Assembly (NCBI RefSeq): GCF_009557235.1
Contig: NZ_CP045650.1
Coordinates: 1,950,001-1,982,000 of the forward strand
Origin: Acinetobacter wanghuae
Lineage (GTDB): Bacteria; Pseudomonadota; Gammaproteobacteria; Pseudomonadales; Moraxellaceae
Length of the DNA stretch: 32,000 bases
Direction: 5' to 3'
The notes below the pieces were generated by a model. The model saw nothing but the letters and a program-made list of their open reading frames with translations. It ran no database searches and was not told the DNA's origin. A program made the position numbers and the translations under genes. This document shows positions 27,694-32,000 of this stretch, one piece after another. Position 1 is the first letter of the stretch, and each line of letters starts with the position of its first letter.

Positions 27694-28365
27694 GATCTTT
27701 TCCTGTAATAATATTAGGATTTTCTTCAACGAATGCTTAAAATCTTACCCTCGGTTTATTGTTTAGATATTATGCATTTCGTTGTGATAGCTAGAGAGTA
27801 GAGGGAATAAAATAATTAATCCAATAGTCTGCAAGAATCTTCAGTATTTATTTAATAAATATGTAGATCAAAGTCTAATTATAACAATCCATTAAAATTA
27901 TAAGCATTTGTTTTAATTTAATTTATATAAAAATAAGTCTGTGTTTTTTGTCTAAATATTCCTCAAAAAAACTTTTCAACTTTCATTAGACTTAAGTCTT
28001 TGAGACTTTGGTCAGTGCTCAATATTCACTAAAAACTGAGCAAAACAGAATAAAAATCACATTCATGCTTCGATTCACTTCGGTATATTTCACGTAATAG
28101 TGATCATTATTTTATGAGCTATTCTCATCTTCATCCTAGGTCTACCCTCTCTCTTAAAATAGTCATTCGTTATAAGCAAAATAATCGTGCAGAGTCAGGC
28201 ATTATCACAGCAGTTAAGCAGTTTAATATTCAAATTTTAATTGCTTATTTTTAGCTAAAATCATGCTTCTAATGCTTCGCTTTTTTTCATCGCGTTCTTA
28301 CATAAGCCGTCTCGGATATGGCATAATCACCATAATTTCATGATTTTATTCTCGGTATTTCTTTT

Positions 28366-29355
28366 ATGAATCTGGAGCGGGTCGATCTCAATCTATTAAT
28401 TTATCTTGATGTACTTCTTCGCGAAAAAAATGTAACTCGTGCTGCAGAACAATTGGGTGTCACCCAACCTGCAATGAGTAATATTTTACGTCGTTTACGC
28501 AATTTATTTAATGATCCCCTCTTGATCCGTTCATCTGAAGGGATGACACCGACAGAACGTGCATTAGAACTCCAACCTCGTATTCGTGACGCCTTATCTG
28601 ATCTTTCCATGATTTTAGAGCCGCGCACGGAGTTCCGTCCTTATACCTCGAATCGTGTATTCCGGATTATGACCTCGGATTATGCCGAAGCGACGTTAGT
28701 ACCTCGCTTAGTCAAAGCATTACGTTCTGAAGCACCGAATGTGGTGCTCGACTTTTTAACCCCAAGTGATGTGTCTTATCGCGACATGGAACAAGGTAAA
28801 GTCGATCTTGCGATTAATCGCTTCAATGAAATTCCACAAAGTTTCCACCAAGTGTTGGTATGGCGTGACAGTTTTTCTTGTCTGCTGAATCAAAAACATC
28901 CCGCTGCGGCAAATTTGAACTTAAAAAGCTATTTAGATGCACAGCATATCTGGGTCTCTAAAACTGGTATGGGCGTTGGCTTCGGGGTGAATCCTGAGAA
29001 ACAAGCAGGACTCGGTTGGATTGATCAAGCTTTAGAGCGAATTGGTCAGAAACGTAAAATTTCAGTCTTTACCCGTCATTATCAAATGCCAGCACTGTTG
29101 GCATCGAATGTTGACTTGGTTGCAACACTGCCTTCACGTATTGCGCGTTTACAAGCCAACAGCCAAAATTTACTGATTAAAGATCCACCGTTTTATATTC
29201 CTGAATTTGAACTCAAAATGGCATGGTGTCCTTTACTGCATCATCACCCTGCGCATCGTTGGTTACGCCAATTGATTTTGTATGTCGCACGTCAGATGAT
29301 CGAAGAAGAGAACCGTGAATTTTTAAACAATAATTCTCAGTTTTCACATTATTAA
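28366..29355 (+). CDS. LysR-type transcriptional regulator (DLNLL/NodD-LeuO-like N-terminal HTH)
   Basis: 329-aa ORF with a winged HTH (VTRAAEQLGVTQPAMSNILRRLR) and an LTTR substrate-binding domain. Confidence 0.9.
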   Translation: MNLERVDLNLLIYLDVLLREKNVTRAAEQLGVTQPAMSNILRRLRNLFNDPLLIRSSEGMTPTERALELQPRIRDALSDLSMILEPRTEFRPYTSNRVFRIMTSDYAEATLVPRLVKALRSEAPNVVLDFLTPSDVSYRDMEQGKVDLAINRFNEIPQSFHQVLVWRDSFSCLLNQKHPAAANLNLKSYLDAQHIWVSKTGMGVGFGVNPEKQAGLGWIDQALERIGQKRKISVFTRHYQMPALLASNVDLVATLPSRIARLQANSQNLLIKDPPFYIPEFELKMAWCPLLHHHPAHRWLRQLILYVARQMIEEENREFLNNNSQFSHY

Positions 29356-29364
29356 TTGTAATTT

Positions 29365-29395
29365 TTGCTAAATTCTTATTTTCTAAGCTTATAAT
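29365..29395 (+). promoter_or_regulatory. Candidate sigma70 promoter upstream of the ytfL-like gene
   Basis: TTGCTA (29365-29370), a 19-nt spacer (long), then a perfect TATAAT (29390-29395). Confidence 0.3.
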
Positions 29396-29398
29396 CAA

Positions 29399-29439
29399 GG
29401 GACTTAAGATGCATTTTTTGCAGCTCAGGTCCTTTTTTT
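29399..29439 (+). terminator. Terminator-like hairpin plus T7; either the LysR gene terminator or a leader attenuator of the downstream exporter
   Basis: GGACTTAAG (29400-29408) pairs with CTCAGGTCC (29424-29432) with one mismatch and one G-U pair. An inner TGCA/TGCA stem follows, and T7 lies at 29433-29439. Confidence 0.5.
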
Positions 29440-29483
29440 ATGTTAAAAATATTATTAGATGATCTTTTTCCACAGGTGGATTC

Positions 29484-30806
29484 GTGAGCCTCTTTCAAAA
29501 TATCGTGATCATTTTAATACTCATCGCGGGGGCTGGTTTTTTATCGTTAACAGAAATCGCGCTTGCCGGTGCCCGCAAGGTCAAACTTAAAATTTTGGCT
29601 GAAACGGGAGATGTTCGCGCACAAAAAGTATTAGATCTTCAAGCAAATTCAGCAGACTTCTTTGCTGCTTCTCAAATTGGCTTAAATGCCGTTGCCATCT
29701 TGGGTGGTATTTTAGGTGAAGGTGCATTTCGACCGTATATCATCGAATTTGTTTCGCGCTTTTATACAGGTCCTTGGGCAGAAAATATCAGTTTTGCCAT
29801 TTCATTTACCCTAGTGACATCACTGTTTATTCTTTTTGCCGATTTAATGCCAAAACGCTTGGCTATGATTGCACCGGAAAAAATTGCAGTATCTGTCATT
29901 GATCCAATTCAAATCTTCATTCGTGTTTGCCGACCTTTGGCTTGGTTTATTAATGCGATTGCCAACTTGCTGTTCCGTTTATTCAAAGTGAATACCACAC
30001 GGGATGACAATATTACCTTTGATGATATTTCAGCTGTCATGGATGCAGGTGCGCAAGCCGGGGTGTTACAAAAACAAGAACATCACTTTATTGAAAATGT
30101 ATTTGAACTTGAGGAGCGAAATGTTCCTTCTAGTATGACCACCCGTGAAAATGTGGTGTACTTCACTTTAAAAGAATCAGAAGAAAGTATTCGTCAAAAA
30201 TTGGCAGAATTTCCTTATTCAAAATTCTTAGTGTGTAGTGAAAATATTGACGATGTGATTGGCTATGTCGATGCCAAAGATATTTTGGTCCGTATTCTGA
30301 ATAATCAGTCTTTACTGCAACTCAATGAAAATACCATTCGTAATGTGCTGACCATTCCTGACTCATTAACCCTATCTGAACTACTCGATCGTTTCCGTTC
30401 GACCAAAGAAAAGTTCGCCGTGGTGATTAATGAATATGCCTTGGTTGTTGGTGTCATTACCTTGTCAGATATTATGATTACCGTGATGGGTGATTGGGTC
30501 ACCCCGATTGAAGCCGATCAACAAATCATTAAACGTGATTTAAACTCATGGCTGATTGATGGTAGTACCCCGATTGAAGATTTAAAGCATGCGCTTGAAA
30601 TTGACACGATGCCTGATGATGAAACGTATGAAACCCTAGCTGGTTTTATGATGTTCAAGTTGCGTAAGATTCCACGTCCTGCCGATACCGTTATTCATGC
30701 CGGTTATAAATTTGAAGTAGTCGATGTTGATCATTTTAAAATTGACCAACTGTTAGTGACACGGATTGATGAAATAAGTGCACCGAAAATTGAAGACCCT
30801 GAGTAA
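29484..30806 (+). CDS. ytfL: DUF21-CBS-CorC/HlyC family membrane protein, YtfL/PaeA-like (putative polyamine/cation exporter)
   Basis: 440-aa ORF collinear with E. coli YtfL as I recall it (LSLTEIALAGARKVKLK, QIGLNAVAILGGI, KQEHHFIENVFELEERNVPSSMT, YALVVGVITLSDIM, FEVVDVDHFKIDQLLVTRI). It starts at a GTG with an AGGTGGA SD. Confidence 0.88.
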   Translation: MSLFQNIVIILILIAGAGFLSLTEIALAGARKVKLKILAETGDVRAQKVLDLQANSADFFAASQIGLNAVAILGGILGEGAFRPYIIEFVSRFYTGPWAENISFAISFTLVTSLFILFADLMPKRLAMIAPEKIAVSVIDPIQIFIRVCRPLAWFINAIANLLFRLFKVNTTRDDNITFDDISAVMDAGAQAGVLQKQEHHFIENVFELEERNVPSSMTTRENVVYFTLKESEESIRQKLAEFPYSKFLVCSENIDDVIGYVDAKDILVRILNNQSLLQLNENTIRNVLTIPDSLTLSELLDRFRSTKEKFAVVINEYALVVGVITLSDIMITVMGDWVTPIEADQQIIKRDLNSWLIDGSTPIEDLKHALEIDTMPDDETYETLAGFMMFKLRKIPRPADTVIHAGYKFEVVDVDHFKIDQLLVTRIDEISAPKIEDPE

Positions 30807-30849
30807 TCAGGTTCTTCTGCTATATATAACAAGAACGAGGAATACTTAG

Positions 30850-31128
30850 ATGTCTATTTCCGCCCTACTTGCTTGTTTTAGTTTTTATTCTGCGCTTTAT
30901 TTAATTTATTATTTCTTTGTCAAAGTCCAAAACCCGCTGTTTTTATGTTTAGCTGTGGGCTTACTCATTTTCGCATGCATCATTACGCCTTATGGCTATG
31001 AACGTCGCCGCGGCAGTTATGATCGCACCATGAGCTTCGGACAATATCTTGCTGTACCTCTCATCATGTGGGGTCGTTTGTTTATCCTGCCCATCAGTTT
31101 AATTTTAAGCTGGTTATATTCAAATTAA
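30850..31128 (+). CDS. Small integral membrane protein (about 3 TM), unknown function
   Basis: 92-aa ORF with a GAGGAA SD 7 nt upstream, three hydrophobic segments and a basic loop (YERRRGSYDR). It lies 43 nt downstream of the ytfL-like gene and ends inside a strong terminator. Confidence 0.6.
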   Translation: MSISALLACFSFYSALYLIYYFFVKVQNPLFLCLAVGLLIFACIITPYGYERRRGSYDRTMSFGQYLAVPLIMWGRLFILPISLILSWLYSN

Positions 31129-31153
31129 AAAAGCACCTTAAGGTGCTTTTTTT
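31127..31153. terminator. Bidirectional rho-independent terminator
   Basis: A-run, then AAAGCACC ttaa GGTGCTTT, then T-run, between convergent genes. Confidence 0.75.
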
Positions 31154-31167
31154 ATTGGCTTCGTGCT

Positions 31168-31674
31168 TTAAACCGCTCTTAATAACACATCCAAAACAGC
31201 TTGATAATGAATACGGATATCATCTTCTAAAATTTTATACGCATTATCAAATTGCACCATTGGCCAACCTTCTTTCCAAAATGGGAAGATATTGTGTAAA
31301 TCATGGGTCACAATCGCATCTTCACGCACAATGGCTTGCGCAATGGCAGATAACACCTGAGCTGTTTCCGCACCATCAATTGCCATATAGTCAATGCCAC
31401 GTGCTTTTAAAATACGAACACGGTCTTTTTTGTAGCGAATTTTTTTAATTTGCCCTGCGCTTAAGCCCAATGCTAAAGACACAGCTTCAACAAATTTATC
31501 TTCAAATGACTGATTCAATGCCACGATGGCTTGTTTATGTCCTTCCTGACGACCCGCTTTGCCTGCCGTACGAATGGCGAGCTCCGCTTCAGTATTTAGC
31601 GTATCGTTCTTCATTGTTTGAAGGATGTCTAAAATTTCGATGTCGCTTAATGTGTCAGGAGATTGATCAGTCAT
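31168..31674 (-). CDS. Cytoplasmic protein of unknown function (acidic N-terminus; possible HTH-like segment LGLSAGQIKKI)
   Basis: 168-aa ORF with an AAGGA SD 6 nt upstream of the ATG and ordinary amino-acid composition. I recognise no family. Confidence 0.7.
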   Translation of the reverse strand: MTDQSPDTLSDIEILDILQTMKNDTLNTEAELAIRTAGKAGRQEGHKQAIVALNQSFEDKFVEAVSLALGLSAGQIKKIRYKKDRVRILKARGIDYMAIDGAETAQVLSAIAQAIVREDAIVTHDLHNIFPFWKEGWPMVQFDNAYKILEDDIRIHYQAVLDVLLRAV

Positions 31675-31840
31675 GAACTGTCCTTAAAATAAATCTAGAA
31701 TTGCGTATTTTCGCATAATTTGGCGTAAATTACCCACAATCTTCATCAGCATTCACAACAAAAGCGCTAGAGAATTTATTCTGCTATTTTAAAACAATTG
31801 CACTATAGTACTGACCTGTCTTTTATTTTCTTTTTAATCC

Positions 31841-32000
31841 ATGCAATCAACGCAAGTCAGCCTGCTTTTAGCACACGTTAAATCACTGTACCCAAAGGCT
31901 TTTCAGCGCAATTATGTTTTTTATGGTCAAATTAAAACTAAAGGGGTTTTAGATGATCGTAAGGAATTTATCCCATGGATTTTAGCCTTGATGATTTTCG
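31841..32000 (+). CDS. 5' end of an ORF running off the window (MQSTQVSLLLAHVKSLYPKAFQRNYVFYGQ...), function unknown
   Basis: Open frame from the ATG at 31841 to the window edge (53 codons). It is not in the ORF track because it is truncated, and no SD is obvious. Confidence 0.3.
   Translation, partial: MQSTQVSLLLAHVKSLYPKAFQRNYVFYGQIKTKGVLDDRKEFIPWILALMIF

Noticed and set aside
28096-28111. Fur box in the aceA/LysR intergenic region (AATAGTGATCATTATT)
   Set aside because: Only the right half resembles the Fur consensus (ATCATTAT). The central spacing and the left half do not fit the 19-bp GATAATGATAATCATTATC pattern. It is reported only as a generic palindrome.
31068-31448. 126-aa plus-strand ORF (and 31470-31676 +) overlapping the 168-aa minus-strand gene
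   Set aside because: It would read straight through the strong bidirectional terminator at 31127-31153 and would overlap the end of the 92-aa gene. The minus-strand ORF is longer and has a good SD and normal composition.
1-32000. Mobile elements, prophage, CRISPR arrays, and defence or toxin-antitoxin systems
   Set aside because: No transposase-, integrase-, recombinase-, Cas-, restriction- or toxin-like ORF is present. I saw no spaced direct-repeat array and no obvious compositional break. Gene content and spacing look like conserved core chromosome.

Overview
This is an AT-rich, gene-dense 32-kb window that reads as conserved core chromosome of an Acinetobacter-like (Moraxellaceae) gammaproteobacterium. 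That taxonomic call is inferred from protein sequences and gene order as I recall them; no search was run. I support 25 complete protein genes, one partial ORF at the right edge, and two identical tRNA-Ser(UGA) genes. In order the genes are: ahcY-metF-rsmE (+); a membrane PAS-GGDEF-EAL protein (+); maeB (+); cca (+); a GNAT acetyltransferase (+); pdxB-epmA (-, with overlapping stop and start); two tandem tRNA-Ser units (-); greB (-); an MltF-like lytic transglycosylase (+); an SCP2-domain protein (-); ttcA (-); an SLT-domain lytic transglycosylase (+); htpX (+); then a co-directional minus-strand run of an RND (AcrB-family) pump, mgtE, a DUF4112 membrane protein and a secreted protein of unknown function; dgkA (+); aceA (-); a LysR-type regulator (+); a ytfL/paeA-like DUF21-CBS exporter with a 92-aa membrane protein (+); and a 168-aa unknown protein (-). 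Several ORF-track entries are over-extended at the N-terminus, and I re-called the starts of ahcY, epmA, pdxB, ttcA, the DUF4112 gene, dgkA and aceA. Clean rho-independent terminators, several of them bidirectional, punctuate the window. I see no transposase, integrase, phage gene, CRISPR array or recognisable defence or toxin gene, so I cannot honestly claim a clear novel multi-gene system here. The most unusual signals are these: (1) a tight cluster of four DnaA-box-like 9-mers in a convergent 2+2 arrangement in the ttcA/SLT intergenic region, with no replication gene in the window; (2) an RND pump with no adaptor or outer-membrane partner, in a string with mgtE, DUF4112 and an unknown secreted protein; (3) a near-consensus promoter, then a terminator-like hairpin, then a 15-codon uORF in the leader of the ytfL-like exporter; (4) an inverted pair of REP-like hairpin elements between ahcY and metF that shows a compensatory base change; (5) an unusually long 672-bp aceA/LysR divergent region containing perfect palindromes. 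All functional interpretations are inference and need a database search or an experiment.
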